This document shows positions 38,546 through 52,309 of a DNA stretch of 64,000 nt, one piece after another. A program made the position numbers and the translations under genes. Under the pieces are notes generated by a model that saw only the letters and a program-made list of their open reading frames with translations, was not told the origin of the DNA and did not search any database. Location of the stretch: positions 13,826,001-13,890,000 of the forward strand of contig NC_043002.1 in the NCBI RefSeq assembly GCF_006345805.1, read 5' to 3'. Source of the DNA: Octopus sinensis. Taxonomy: Eukaryota. Within the stretch, counting starts at the first letter, position 1, and every line of letters starts with the position of its first letter.

Positions 38546-39613
38546 TATATATATAAATATAGAGATGGTATTATTAAAATACCATCACGAGTGGTAAGCG
38601 AATAATAAGCCTTACAGGAAAATTAATAAAATATATACATACAATATTAGATATGTACATATATACACAAGGGTACTACATGGGTACCTATATCGCTAAA
38701 GATAGAAATCAAAAAATACTTCTGTACCACTGAATAGTCACAAATCTATTACAGACATCATAAGAAAAAATATCAGTGAACAATAATAATGCCTACCTCC
38801 AGCAAAATGGCGGTGCCCCAGCATGGCCACAGCTTGTGAGCTGAATCTAAAAAAAAAAAATAAATATATATATATACATACAAACACATAATGGGCTGGC
38901 ACAGTATTTCTATCTACAAAATTTACACACAATGCCTTGGTCGGTGAACGGTTACAGCAGAAGACATTTGCCCAAAGCTCCACGCAGAGTGAGCCTGAAC
39001 CCAAAATCACGCGGTTGCAAAGCGAGATTCTGAACCACGCAGTCATGCTTCCATCTCCGGTTTATGAAGTGTTATTCAAACATTTCAAGGGACTTATACC
39101 GAAGACGGTTTTTATGTGTTTTAAGAAACTTTCAATGTGTTTTGATGATGTAAACATAAAGACTCCTTCTTGTCATTTTAACCATCTTCATATAACTGAT
39201 AAGAGCTGGATTCCATATATCTGAACATTTCTAAGCGTATTCTATACTTGACATATACATATATGTCAATAAACACAATGAGATGGCAATTTCCTTTTAT
39301 ATATAATAGTGGCACCCCAGCATGGGCATAGCCTCTAGCTGCAACTGCTAAAACACACACAAGCAAACTATATATAATGCGTATATATTTATGTATAAAA
39401 ACACATGGATACATTACATACATGGATAGAAGCATCCACAACTGCTTATATATATATATATATATATGTATTACATACATATATATACATATATACTTGT
39501 ATATACATACATATATATGTATATGTGTATATCTGTGTGTGTGTGTGCATAAATCGTATACATACAAATATATATGTGTTTGTATATACATATTTATATA
39601 CATACATATATGT

Positions 39614-39654
<41 letters not shown>

Positions 39655-39851
39655 TATATGTGAGTGTGTATAAATACGTATATATACGTATATATATGTT
39701 ATATATATATATATATATATACGTATATATATATGTATATATATAGTATGCATATATATATATACGTAAATATATATGTATATATATATGTATGTATATA
39801 TATATATATATATACGTAAATATATAGTATGTATATATATATATGTATATG

Positions 39852-39936
<85 letters not shown>

Positions 39937-40333
39937 CATATATATATAATACGTACACTTGAAAGTAATGCCATAATGTTATCTGAGCTGAGAGTATATG
40001 TTTTCATAAGTGTTTTTGTGCAACTGTAAACCTATTTTCGTTTTGTAACAAAACTAGATACTTAGACATATAGATAAAAATATATATACATAAATGAAAG
40101 AATGAATAAATAAATACATAAATGAAAAGGAAAACTTTATGTGATAATTCAATTTAAGGATGTAGGAATGTGATCGATGTGTCATCACAATTTTGCAATG
40201 ATAAGAGAAGGAAAAAATGCCTACGCTTCGTTCTTTCTAATATACGCGCACATTTAATACAATATGTATGTATATATATATACATATGTATAAGTGTATA
40301 TATACATACATACTTATATATATATATATATAT

Positions 40334-40371
<38 letters not shown>

Positions 40372-40505
40372 TGTATGCACACCCACACATACATACACAT
40401 ACATATGTACATATGTATATATGATGTATAGAAACAGCGCCTCATATATATATGTATAGATATATATACACATACATATATATACATATATATGATATAT
40501 TATAT

Positions 40506-40538
<33 letters not shown>

Positions 40539-40702
40539 CCATATGTATATGTTACATATACACATATACACATGTACATATGTATATATACATATATAGA
40601 AACAGCGCCTCAATATATATGTGTATTTGCATATATATATATATATATTATAAATATATATATATATATACACTGTCACACATCACCACAGACACCCGCA
40701 GA

Positions 40703-40733
<31 letters not shown>

Positions 40734-41344
40734 AATACACACACATATATGACGAAAAAGATAGGCATTCGCATATGGTCTTTCCCACGCACTACACAAG
40801 CACATTCCTGAAATAGACGCGTAGATAGGTGCATATAAAAATATAGGGATGCGTTGACGCACTTTCAGACAGTTATCTGTTGTTATGTCATGCAATGAAT
40901 TATTAAAGGAGAAGGATGTGCAACATGTTGTCATACATGATTATGTGCTGCGAATTATGAACAAATGATCACCTCAGCTCACGAACACAGGCTCCTATTT
41001 AAGCAAGGAAATATATGTGTATGCTTGCATAACTTGCAGTTATATACATACATACACACAGACATACTTGCAGTTATATACATACATACACACAGACATA
41101 CACTCACTCATATATATATATATAGCTCTGTTTTACATAATATATAAAATGTTTTCTATATTACTATTCATTTGGAACGACGGTTAAGAGTTTTATAGAA
41201 TTATATGAAAGTTTTTATACAATTAAACATATTTCTATATTTGTAATGACGAATATTGCTAACCTGTACAATATTTACAGGTACGTAAGAATATACAGAG
41301 AGAATATTTTCATATATTTACGTTAGCGTGCGAATATATGAATA

Positions 41345-41735
41345 CCTACCTATCTACCAACCTACCTACCTACCTACCTACCTACCTACTACCTACCTAC
41401 CTACCTACCAATCTACCTACCTACCTACCTAGCTACCTAGCTACCTACCTACCTTCTACATTCCTACCTAGCTACCTAGCTACCTAGCTACCTACATATG
41501 TACCTACCTACCTACCTACCAACCTACCTACCTACCTACCTACCTACTTACCTACCTACCTACCTACCTACTTACCTACCTACCTCCTACCTACCTACCT
41601 ACCAACCTACCTACCTACCTACATACCTACCTACCGACAAATCTACCTACTTACCTACCTACTTAGCTACCTACCTTCCTACCTACCTACCTACCTACCT
41701 AATTATCTACCTACCTACTTACCTACCTACCCTTC
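41345..41735. repeat. (CTAC)n microsatellite, ~390 bp
   Basis: Direct reading. Confidence 0.98.
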
Positions 41736-41888
41736 TTTCATGAAAGAAATCGACCCCAAGACATATTTTTTTCTTTTCAAGCCTTGTACTTATTCTATTG
41801 GTTTCTTTTGTTGACCGCTAAGCAACGGAGACATTAACACACCAACCGGTGATGGGGGAACAAGCACAGACACAAAGACACACGCAAA

Positions 41889-41926
<38 letters not shown>

Positions 41927-41929
<3 letters not shown>

Positions 41930-42809
41930 GGTGCGGTGAATAAATTGTATTTTAATTTACGCAAAATGAAAATAACACTGACATCTCATTTTAACAGATA
42001 TATTTACCAAAATTACATAAAAATCTCTTGAAATACTAAAGAGTAAATTTATTCAATAAAAATCGCCATTGACTTTAAAACCGAACTCCAGACGACATCT
42101 AAATCTCCTGCAAATCTGCAAAACAATCTCCTTGTTTAAACTGGTGAATGCTGAGATAATCCTTGCCTTCAGTTTGTCTTAGGTGTTACAAGGAGTTTTG
42201 GTGGTCTCTCGCTCAACTGCGCCCCACATATTAAAATCAAGAGGATTGCAGTATGGCGAGTTAGGTGGTCAGGTGATATGGTCGCAGAAATTGTCTGACA
42301 GCCATGACTGGGTTCACATGCTTGTGTGGTATGGTGCAGAATACTTTGCCAGACATAGGGTTTTCCAGCAGCCAGCCACTGTAACAAGGGTAGTACTACC
42401 TCTCCCAGGCATCCGATGAAGGCCTCTGTGTTGAGTTTGAAGCCGCGTGGTAAGATGAATGGAGGCAAAATGTTGCCATCTTTCCTAGTGATCACTCCAA
42501 ACGCCATGATGTTGACTGGATGCTTGATTTTTATGAATCTCGGTACATGATTTGGGGACACGGCACACCATAGTTTGTTTCTGTGTGTTCACCATCTGTA
42601 TGTATTGGAGCTTACGGCATGAATGCCAAGCAGTACAGCATGTTTTTTTCCAAATTTCTGCCTGAGTGATTTACGTCATAGTGCAGTTTTTCTCACAGAC
42701 GGTGCCCAAACGACCCTACTATTCTTTGTATTTGACAAAATCAAAGAAAAAAAACACGCGTGCACAAAATTAAAAATTTAAATGGCGACAATTTCCCCAT
42801 CGCATCATG
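41927..42809 (-). mobile_element. Decayed maT/DD37D-type transposon
   Basis: ORF 42169-42561: KHPVNIMAFGVITRKDGNILPPFILPRGFKLNTEAFIGCLGEVVLP..AGKPYVWQ; imperfect TIRs CAAGGTGCGGTGAATAAATTGT / rc CATGATGCGATGGGGAAATTGT, TA at 42810-42811. Confidence 0.8.
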
Positions 42810-43182
42810 TATATAGTGGAAGTGCTATTTGCATATATTCCTGTTAATAACACATAAAATTTCGGTAAGTTTCATGAGGTGTCAAAGCTAAATGAAACAT
42901 TCGAAGAAAGCTAGAATGTTCCAAGCTGTTGCAGAGGAGATGGTGCGAGTGACCCGGTCGCAACTATGCGACGGATTCTTTGAAATTTCACGAAATTAGT
43001 TTGAATTCAAAGTGAATATAACAGCTTTATATGTTATTGAGTGATACCGACACAGTTTTCTTCATATACATACACACGTATATACATATATGCGAGTACG
43101 TGTCTGCTATTACAAGTGTATATATGTATACATACATACATACATACATACATACATACATACATACATACACATACATACA

Positions 43183-43230
<48 letters not shown>

Positions 43231-43363
43231 CACATATATATATACATATATATATATATATACACATATATATATACATATATATATAAATATATATATA
43301 TATTTATAGATAAATATATATAAACGCATATATATATATACATACATATATATACTCACACAG

Positions 43364-43430
<67 letters not shown>

Positions 43431-43464
43431 GATAGATAGATATAGATATAGATTTATATATATA

Positions 43465-44300
43465 CTAGCAGAATTGCCCGGCTTTGCTCGGGGCTGAATT
43501 GCTTGAAAGTACTGTTAATGATTGCACTGAATTATGATGATTATTCAGGCAAATATTGATATAAGTTTACGGTGGGAGATAAGGACTTAACGATAAAACG
43601 TGTGCCATTGCATTGTTTTGGGGGAACCAAATTTCTGATGAGCATTATAGGGGCACCAACTTTAAGTTTGAGAAAGTGTGGTGGTAGTCCGGGGTGCTCA
43701 AAGAATTGAGTACCTCTATTGGATAGTTGATGACGTCCTCTGGGTCAGGAGTTGTATCGATAGACTGATATACATAGACTTCCCCAGGAATGAGTTTTAG
43801 CATTTCATCATTAATATGGTGAACAGTTTTATTCCTCGGGGCCAGTATAGCCTTTTTGCCAATCCAATCCATATTCTGATAATTAGCTTGTACATCTGGG
43901 AACACTGCATCTCTGAGATCAGAAGGCGTCTTAACAATGGTACAAATGGAATCGATGGCAATATTACCATTTTCATCCCCTGGTATTTTGCCTTCGCCAA
44001 GTGCAAGGAGGGTGTGAGGAAATGCTGCTGATGTGATATTACGTCGCATATGAGCACGCGTATTGGTGTGAAGTTTGAGAGTTACTTCCCTTTATTAAAG
44101 AAAATATGCATTAAAATGGGAAAAAATGATGGAAATTATTTGTAAAATCATAGACTCATCGTAGACGCGCGCTAATACCCAGAACGGCTCGATATGAATC
44201 ACGACTATAAGATACCCGTTAAACTGCATTGCAAAATGTGGGAGTAGTTAGGAATCTAAATCGTAGTAGACAGACACACAACCTTTCTTTTATATATAAA
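43465..44300 (-). mobile_element. Non-autonomous Helitron carrying a PIF1-like helicase fragment
   Basis: 3' hairpin CCCGAGCAAAGCCGGG then CTAG|T at 43465; ORF 43645-44049 with [43 protein letters not shown], and frameshifted [21 protein letters not shown]; 5' part matches 57028-57424. Confidence 0.9.
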
Positions 44301-44815
44301 TATTTTCGTCCTAAAAAACTTTGTATGGATTGAATGGCTACCTCTATGGAAATATATACACGCACATTATACATACATGTGTGTATAGATGAATATATAA
44401 ATACATTTAAATATCTATATACACTTTTGGGCGATCTTTCTTTTTCTTAGAGATAACTTTAGATCTTATATTCGTCCTAAAAAACTTTGTATGGAGTGAA
44501 AGGTTACCTCTATAGAAATATATACACACACATTATACATACATCTGTGTATAGATGAATATATAAATACATTTAAATATCTATATACACTTTTGGGCGA
44601 TCTTTCTGCTACTTGTATATACTTTAGATCTTATATTCGTCCTAAAAAACTTTGTATGGAGTGAAAGGTTACCGCTATGGAAATATACACACACACATTA
44701 TACATACATCTGTGTATAGATGAATATATAAATACATTTAAATATCTATAAACACTTTTGGGCGATCTTTCTGCTACTTGGATATAGGTCTTATATTCGT
44801 CGTAAAAAACTTTCC
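44300..44815. repeat. Tandem repeat, ~165-bp unit, ~3.2 copies
   Basis: CGTC(C/G)TAAAAAACTTT recurs at 44307, 44473, 44638, 44798. Confidence 0.95.
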
Positions 44816-45084
44816 TGTCACACATTCACGCACACGCACATACACACACACACACGCATCCTCACACACACACACGCACACACACACACACACACGCGCA
44901 CACACACACGTTAGCTTACAATTTTATTTATATATTTGCGTGTCTATGTGTGTAAAATGGAAGTGGGAATGTAGAGTGAAATAGTCACTCACTACAGATA
45001 GTGAATTAGTTTCACTTTATTCGTTGCACACTGTGTGTGTGCGTTTGCGTGTGCTGTATCCCACACTAAGAGAAGCATTTGACT

Positions 45085-45276
45085 CATACACCACAATGTG
45101 AGTTTTCTCTAAATTTTGCTTAATTGGGGTTGAAATTTTAAAAAGTGGACCTGTCACGACCCGATGCATTCTACTCTTAAAAATACTAGGTAAATTGTAA
45201 TTGAAGAAATCCTATATTGTAGATTTCTATAAGATACAAAGGGAGGCAGATAAAATCTGCCTTTTATAATAAGAGA
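45085..45276 (-). mobile_element. Possible Helitron 5' fragment (different family)
   Basis: Minus A|TCTCTTATTATAAAAGGCAGATTTTATCTGCC resembles A|TC Helitron starts; no 3' end found. Confidence 0.35.
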
Positions 45277-45509
45277 TACATATACATATATGTATACATG
45301 TATATGTATATAAATCTTAGATTTATACGTATATGTTAAAGAGGCAATAAATCTAGTCTAGAATAAGAGCGTGAAATGTAGTAACATTTCTTACGGTATT
45401 CGAACGTTATGTCTACACTAAAAGATCTAAGATGCAAGATCGACAGAACGGCATTTGCATCAGTCTAGTAAGCTATACTGTTAGGCCTTGAGAAGTAAAT
45501 ATATTACGG

Positions 45510-46110
45510 ATATGCTTTTCTACTCTACGCGCAAGGCCCGAAATTTTTGTGAGAGTGCGCTAGTTGATTAGATCGACCCTGGTACACAACTGGTACTTAA
45601 TTTATCGTCCCGGAAAATGCTGATAGGCAAAGTCGACCTCGGCGGAATGCGAATTCAGAACATAAAAACAGACGGAATACCTATTTCTTTATTACCCACA
45701 AGTGGCTAAACACAGAGAGGACAAACAAGGATAGACAAACAGATTAAGTCGATTATATCGACCTCAGTGCGTAACTGGTACTTATTTGATCGACCCCGAA
45801 AGGATGAAAGGCAAAGTCGACCTCGGCGGAATTTGAACTCAGAACGTAGCGGCAGACGAAATACATATTTCTTTACTACCCACAAGGGGCTAAACACAGA
45901 GAGAACGTAAAGAGAGACGAAATACCTGTTTCTTTATTACCCACAAGAAGCTAAAGGATGAAAGGCAAAGTCGACCTCTGCGGAATTTGAACTCAGAACA
46001 TAGCATCAGATGAAATACATATTTTTTTACTACCCAGAAGGAGCTAAACACAGAGAGAACGTAAAGACAGACGAAATGCCGCTAGACATTTCGCCCGGCA
46101 TGCTAACGTT
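45510..46110 (-). mobile_element. SINE family B multimer with partial units
   Basis: Repeated GGCAAAGTCGACCTC.GCGGAAT and TTTACTACCC units. Confidence 0.85.
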
Positions 46111-46395
46111 TTTTTCCAGCTCGACTCCTTCATATATTACATATATGGAAATAAGATATGTATATGCAGAGTTTATTTTCAAAAATGGTTAACATGCACA
46201 CTCTTCTGCAAGAATACGTTATACGAGAATAAATATCATTCTCTATATTATGGCAGTATGAATAGATTTCAGAAATACCTGGCTGTTATTTCGGTTAGGG
46301 ACGAAAATTTGGTACGAAAATTAGACAAGAAGGTTGAATAATAACTCTTTATCTTCAGTTGCCTACGTATTACCCAATGACAACTAATCTATCTA

Positions 46396-46493
<98 letters not shown>

Positions 46494-47136
46494 GCCTCCC
46501 TCCTTCAAACGGGAAGGAAGAGCTATTTTCATCATCCTTGTGGCTATGGCGAAAGAATGTATCTGGTGGACGCGTCTGAAAGGATTGGAGACAAACACTT
46601 TCCTCTCTGGTCAATCTCTCATCAACTTCTTCAAGTACCACTTGAAAAGGAAAGTGAGAGTAGAGAGGCAAGTTTTGTCTAGCGAATGTTTTAAAAAAAG
46701 ATGGGTGAATGTAGCAAGAATGGCACGTATGAATGACGAAGCCACCTTGAGCATGATCCTATGAACCCAGAAATTGAAAACAGAGAGTTGCTTATTTGCA
46801 AAAAAAAAAGAAAAAAGAAATATATCATGTGACTCCATTGACCGAGGTTACTGTGGTCTTTCCTGTAGGCTTTTCTTTCCACGGGTAAACCTCACCTGTC
46901 CTCTCCTTTACACTTCATATTGACATTTCTGTGATAACGATCCCTATTGATCAATTTTTTTTTTCCTCTCCCCCTTTTTTTAACCCCCCTTTTTTTGTCC
47001 TCTTTCTCTCCTTTTACGATCCCTTTTGATCGAAACTCCCCCTTCCTTTTTTTTTTTTTTAAACCTTCAAAAGAAAAGCTCTACCTTGTAATTTGTTCTA
47101 TCTGTGTGCAGCCCTGTGTGGCTAATAAAGAAACAT
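46494..47136 (+). mobile_element. 5'-truncated Tx1/L1-clade LINE 3' end in (TCTA)n
   Basis: IFIILVAMAKECIWWTR...LINFFKYHLKRKVRVERQVLSSECFKKRW resembles L1/Tx1 ORF2 C-terminus; AATAAA 47124 then (TCTA)n. Confidence 0.7.
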
Positions 47137-47168
47137 ATCTATCTATCTATCTATCGATCGATCTATCG

Positions 47169-47242
<74 letters not shown>

Positions 47243-47243
47243 T

Positions 47244-47357
<114 letters not shown>

Positions 47358-47396
47358 CTCTGTCTATCTGTTTATCTATCGGTATGTCTGTCTCAT

Positions 47397-47685
47397 AGAC
47401 GGCGGCGAACTGGTGTCGTTGCCGTTTTTGAGGCCTACTTTGCCGCAGTTTCGTCTCTTTGGTCGTGGATCAAACAGGGCCCGAAGCTAGCCGAATAGTG
47501 CCGCTTTGCTCTCAAGCAACTCTGACGTCCGGGACCAAACTTGTGCGACTTCAATTCCACGAAGACAAGTTATAGAGGATTAGTGGGGGAAATGTGTGAC
47601 GACGTTATAGGGAAGAATCTGGGCGTCGACGAGGAACACCTGAACCGAATAACGAAACCACTTTGAGCATGATCCTGTAAAGCGA

Positions 47686-47719
<34 letters not shown>

Positions 47720-47982
47720 AGAGAGAGGGAGAGGGAGAGAGAGCATATTGCTCTCACGTAATTTTTCCCTCCCTGCCTGAGGTTCCCGTGGTCTCTTTCG
47801 TTGGCTTTTCTTTCAACAGATATACTTAATGTTTTCTACATTCTTGTTCTGTTATTTTGATCTTTTTTTGTACACGATCCCTTGTGGTCAGATTTTTTTC
47901 TTCTCTTCTTTCTATTTTCTTTTTTCTTTAGAAAACAAAAGCTCTGTATTGTATTTTGTCCCCTCTGTGGCTAATAAAGAAA

Positions 47983-47985
<3 letters not shown>
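47397..47985 (+). mobile_element. Internally deleted Tx1-like derivative (GC-rich 5' piece plus 3' UTR)
   Basis: From ~47645 aligns with 46730-47136 (CCAC.TTGAGCATGATCCT, GAGGTT.C.GTGGTCT, ACGATCCC, AAAAGCTCT, TGTGGCTAATAAAGAAA); flanked by (TCTA)n. Confidence 0.65.
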
Positions 47986-48071
<86 letters not shown>

Positions 48072-48869
48072 AGGTCTGTCAGTCTGTCTATCTTTCTATC
48101 TATCTATCTATTTATCTATCTATTTACACACACACACACACATGCACACATATTTGCGAAGAAATTCCACAACTGAACTGAAAACCACATTGTAACAAAT
48201 AATTGACTTAAAACTAGATAAAATAAAATTAAAGAAAATTATATTCAGATCATTACTAAATCAATTACTCCACAGAATGTGTATTTCAATTTCAGCATTT
48301 CAATTCCATAACTACAATCTCATTAAAAAAAAAAAACGATACGTATAAATATAAATTTGTTTGGTTCTCTTTCGTTATTAAATTTACACATATTGTGAGA
48401 AAGAAATAGTTTAACATTCTGATAATCATCTAAATATTCGGTTGACTGTGAATGATATTTATGTAATATAAGAGGAATCTTTGTATGAAAGTCTCTCTTA
48501 AATTTTTCTTTTGCTCGGGGCGTTTCATTATTTCATTAATTCCCTGTCCACGCTCACAAAAATACAAATCCTACTTGGAACGTTTTCAACAGTGCGCTGC
48601 CTCCGATGTAATTAATATAGGAAAGGAAGCAGCGTATTTTCGAGATTCGAAAGGTTAATTCGATATACGAGTTCGAATAATTCACACACGCACACACACA
48701 CACACAAACGCACAGACACACACACAAACGCACACACACACACACACATACGCACACACTCGTACTTGCGTACGCATATATGTACCTATCTCTCTCTCTC
48801 CCTCTCTCTCTTTATATATGTATACAGATATGTGTGTGTGTAATGTATATATGTACACACCACACACAC

Positions 48870-48956
<87 letters not shown>

Positions 48957-49499
48957 TTATATATATATATATATATATTTATGTATATATTATTTTATTC
49001 TTATGCGGCAGCTGCTCCTTAAGAAGATTTAGTCGAAGAAATAGACCCCAGGACTAAATTCTTTGTAAGCCTTGTACATATTATATCGGACCCTTATGTC
49101 GAACCACTAAGTTAGGGGACGTATACATACCAACATCGCTAGGTATCAAGCGGGGGCGTAGAGACAAATACAGACACACACACATAAGTATGCAGGATGG
49201 GTGTCTTTCAGTTTCCGTCTACTAAATCTACCCGCAAGGATTTGGTCGTACAGAGGCTATAGCAGAAGACACTTACGAATAGTGCCATGCAATGGTGCAG
49301 TGGTTGGGAAACATACTTCTTACCACACAGTCACACCTGTGCTTATATATATATATATATATATATATATGATAGATCGCTAGCCACTACAGAATCTTCA
49401 TTTTCTCTTCTTGTTTCTTTCTGTGTTACTTTCTTTGGAAGAGCGTAGGCTCGAAACGTTAAAGACTTTTTCACTCCCTGAGTGTTTTATATATATATA

Positions 49500-49677
49500 C
49501 TCTTTTACTTTTTTACTTGTTTCAGTCATTTGACTGCGGCCATGCTGGAGCACCGCCTTTAATCGAGCAATTCGACCCCAGGACTTATTCTTTTTGTAAG
49601 CCCAGTACTTATTCTATCGGTCTCTTTTGCCGAACCGCTAAGTAACGGGGACATAAACACACCAGCATCGGTTGTCA

Positions 49678-49678
<1 letters not shown>
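49500..49678 (-). mobile_element. SINE family A 3' half, inverted relative to 49708-50119
   Basis: About 6-7 differences in ~180 bp versus 49941-50119. Confidence 0.88.
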
Positions 49679-49707
<29 letters not shown>

Positions 49708-49708
<1 letters not shown>

Positions 49709-50119
49709 GGCGCAAGAGTGGCTGTGTGGTAAGTAGCTTGCTAACCAACCAAATGGTTCCGGGTTCAGTCCCACTGCGTGGCATCTTGGGCAAGTGTCTT
49801 CTGCTATAGCCCCGGGCCGACCAATGCCTTGTGAGTGGATTTGGTAGACGGAAACTGAAAGAAGCCTGTCGTATATATGTATATATATATATAAGTGTTG
49901 TGTATATGTTTTTGTGTCGGTGTTTGTCTCCCTAGCATTGCTTGACAACCGATGCTGGTGTGTTTACGTCCCCGTTACTTAGCGGTTCGGCAAAAGAGAC
50001 CGATAGAATAAGTACTGGGCTTACAAAGAATAAGTCCCGGGGTCGATTTGCTCGACTAAAGGCGGTGCTCCAGCATGGCCGCAGTCAAATGACTGAAACA
50101 AGTAAAAGAGTAAAAGAGT
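49708..50119 (+). mobile_element. SINE family A, full length
   Basis: GGCGCAAGAGTGGCTGTGTGG..GGTTCAGTCCCACTGCGTGGCA.CTTGGGCAAGTG.. to GAAACAAGTAAAAGAGTAAAAGAG. Confidence 0.9.
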
Positions 50120-50874
50120 ATATATATATATACTCACAAAAAGATGTTGATATAGATGTACATGAATGCATGTCTCAGCGACAGTAATAGATAGAGAATG
50201 CTTTCGCACGAATATATGGGTTCTAGATTGTTAGTGATGAAATGATTCCAATTCATAAAACCGAACTTCTTAGTCCCAAGGATGTAATCCATTACCAGGT
50301 GAATTGTCTGGAACCCAATTTTGAGCTAAGATCAATAAGAGAGATGAAAAAAGAATGGTAGGTCTATAACACATATTTGCATGAGTTGTTGCGTTACAAA
50401 ATATGACATAATCTTGTTTTTACAGCTGTTACAGTATGTTATGCGAACAACTACTGATGTTTAGCGAATAGATGAGAACTAAATAAGCATAATAACAATA
50501 TACATTAACCATAAACAGGAACCATATCTTCTTATGTAATACAGAATACATCATCTTTAGAAGGGTAAGCGGGTATAAAGAAATTGGACAAATAAAAATC
50601 ATACTGTTCCACTGATTGTAGCCTGAAAATTATTCTTCTCAAACTCAAAGAATTAGGTTAGATTGCATCTGCTTGTGTGCTTCCCATGTGTGAGGTCTCA
50701 GTTTTACCGTATATACATATATATATATATTATTTTAAGCGAATCATTTGAATCACACAATTTGGACCGGTTAATTGCCCAGAATTCCCAAGTGTGTAGG
50801 GAATGCCGAACATAGATAGGAATGCTTTCCTTCTACTGTCATCTGTTAGCAGGAGGGAGCTGAACCGAAGGCAC

Positions 50875-51053
50875 GTTTAAAGCAGGGCTATGTGGTAAGA
50901 TGTTTTCTTCCCAATCCCTAGGCTCCGGGTTCCGTCCTTGTGCATGGCACCTTGAGCAAGTACCTTCTACTATAGCTTTGGGCCGGTCAAAACTTTGTGA
51001 GTAGATTTGGTAGACGGATACTGAAAGAAGCTCATCATATATATGTATATATA

Positions 51054-51132
<79 letters not shown>

Positions 51133-51330
51133 TTTATTTGTTTGTGTCTGTGTTTGTCCTTCACCAGAGCTTGACAACCGGTATCCGTGTGCTTACGTCT
51201 CCGTAATCTCGCGTTTAAGCAAAAGCGACCGATAGAATAAATACCAGGCTTAATATGAAAATATGTTCTCGGTTCGAATTGTCCCAGTAAAATTCTCCAA
51301 GGCGGTGCAATGACTAAAGCAAAACATATA
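50875..51330 (+). mobile_element. SINE family A, diverged
   Basis: GGCACCTTGAGCAAGT..GTAGATTTGGTAGACGG..CTGAAAGAAGC..GCTTGACAACCG. Further decayed copies at ~3879-3995, 5146-5332, 5793-5960, 11015-11765, 19125-19235, 31070-31560, 38800-39050, 41735-41880, 49020-49345 and 62750-63145. Confidence 0.8.
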
Positions 51331-52309
51331 AGATATACAGTTGTGTGTGTGTGTTTGTGTGAGTGTGCAAAAGCTAGACAAGTAGATAGTTATTCAACTG
51401 GATGAATAGTGTAAAAATATCATAGAGAAGTATATCATTATACAAATATTTGTGATGCATAATTATATCTAATCGAATATTGTATTCAATATATAGTAAT
51501 AAGGAGAAAAATAACAGATCGGGTAACTGAACCTAAGATCACATGATGAATGCAAAGCGAAATTGTTAGCCACGAAGCCATGCCGGCACCCATGTTTATA
51601 GGAATTGTTTTGTATGGAAACTGGTTTGGGTTTATTTACAAAGAAGTAAAAAAACATCATGTGTGTATTAGGTTTAAAATTTCGTTTCTTATATAACCAA
51701 ATACATTATGAAATATATATGAGTAATAATGGGTTTATTCAGTCGATTTCTTATGATATGGAAAGTACCATAGAATTACGTATGAAACACAATTAATCAC
51801 ATCAAAGGCGATAAATGTTTTAAGAAAAATGTATTTTTTACTTTATTGATGCGAGTATTTTATGGAAACGCCTTTAGAAATCTATATGAAATGTAATAAG
51901 ATTTATATAGTTAATGTACTAGAAAGCACTAAAACAACAATTTTGGTTGCTATCGTAAACAATTCGTTTTTTTACATCTAACATATTATGCGTAGATGTG
52001 TAATATAAAAATAACTTTTAAAAAATCTTACGAACAAAATGTGTATGCGATTGATTCTGGGTTATGTTTGCTTTTGTTATTTAGATTGAAAGGGACCAGA
52101 GATCGATTTAATAACGTATTTTCTTAAAACAAATTTACACTGACGGTATTATTGAGAAGATAAACAATTACCTTTTGGTTGAAATACATTTTGAGTTCAA
52201 TATCAAATACAATATTTTATGGGTTTATTTCGCAAAAGGTACGAAAGCAAAAGTTGGAACTCAGAGTATAAAGAGTAATGTGCAAAAAATGTTAATAGAT
52301 TATAGAATA

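Noticed and set aside
44300-44815. Retrozyme-like tandem array
   Set aside because: No CUGANGA/GAAA core found on either strand of the 165-bp unit.
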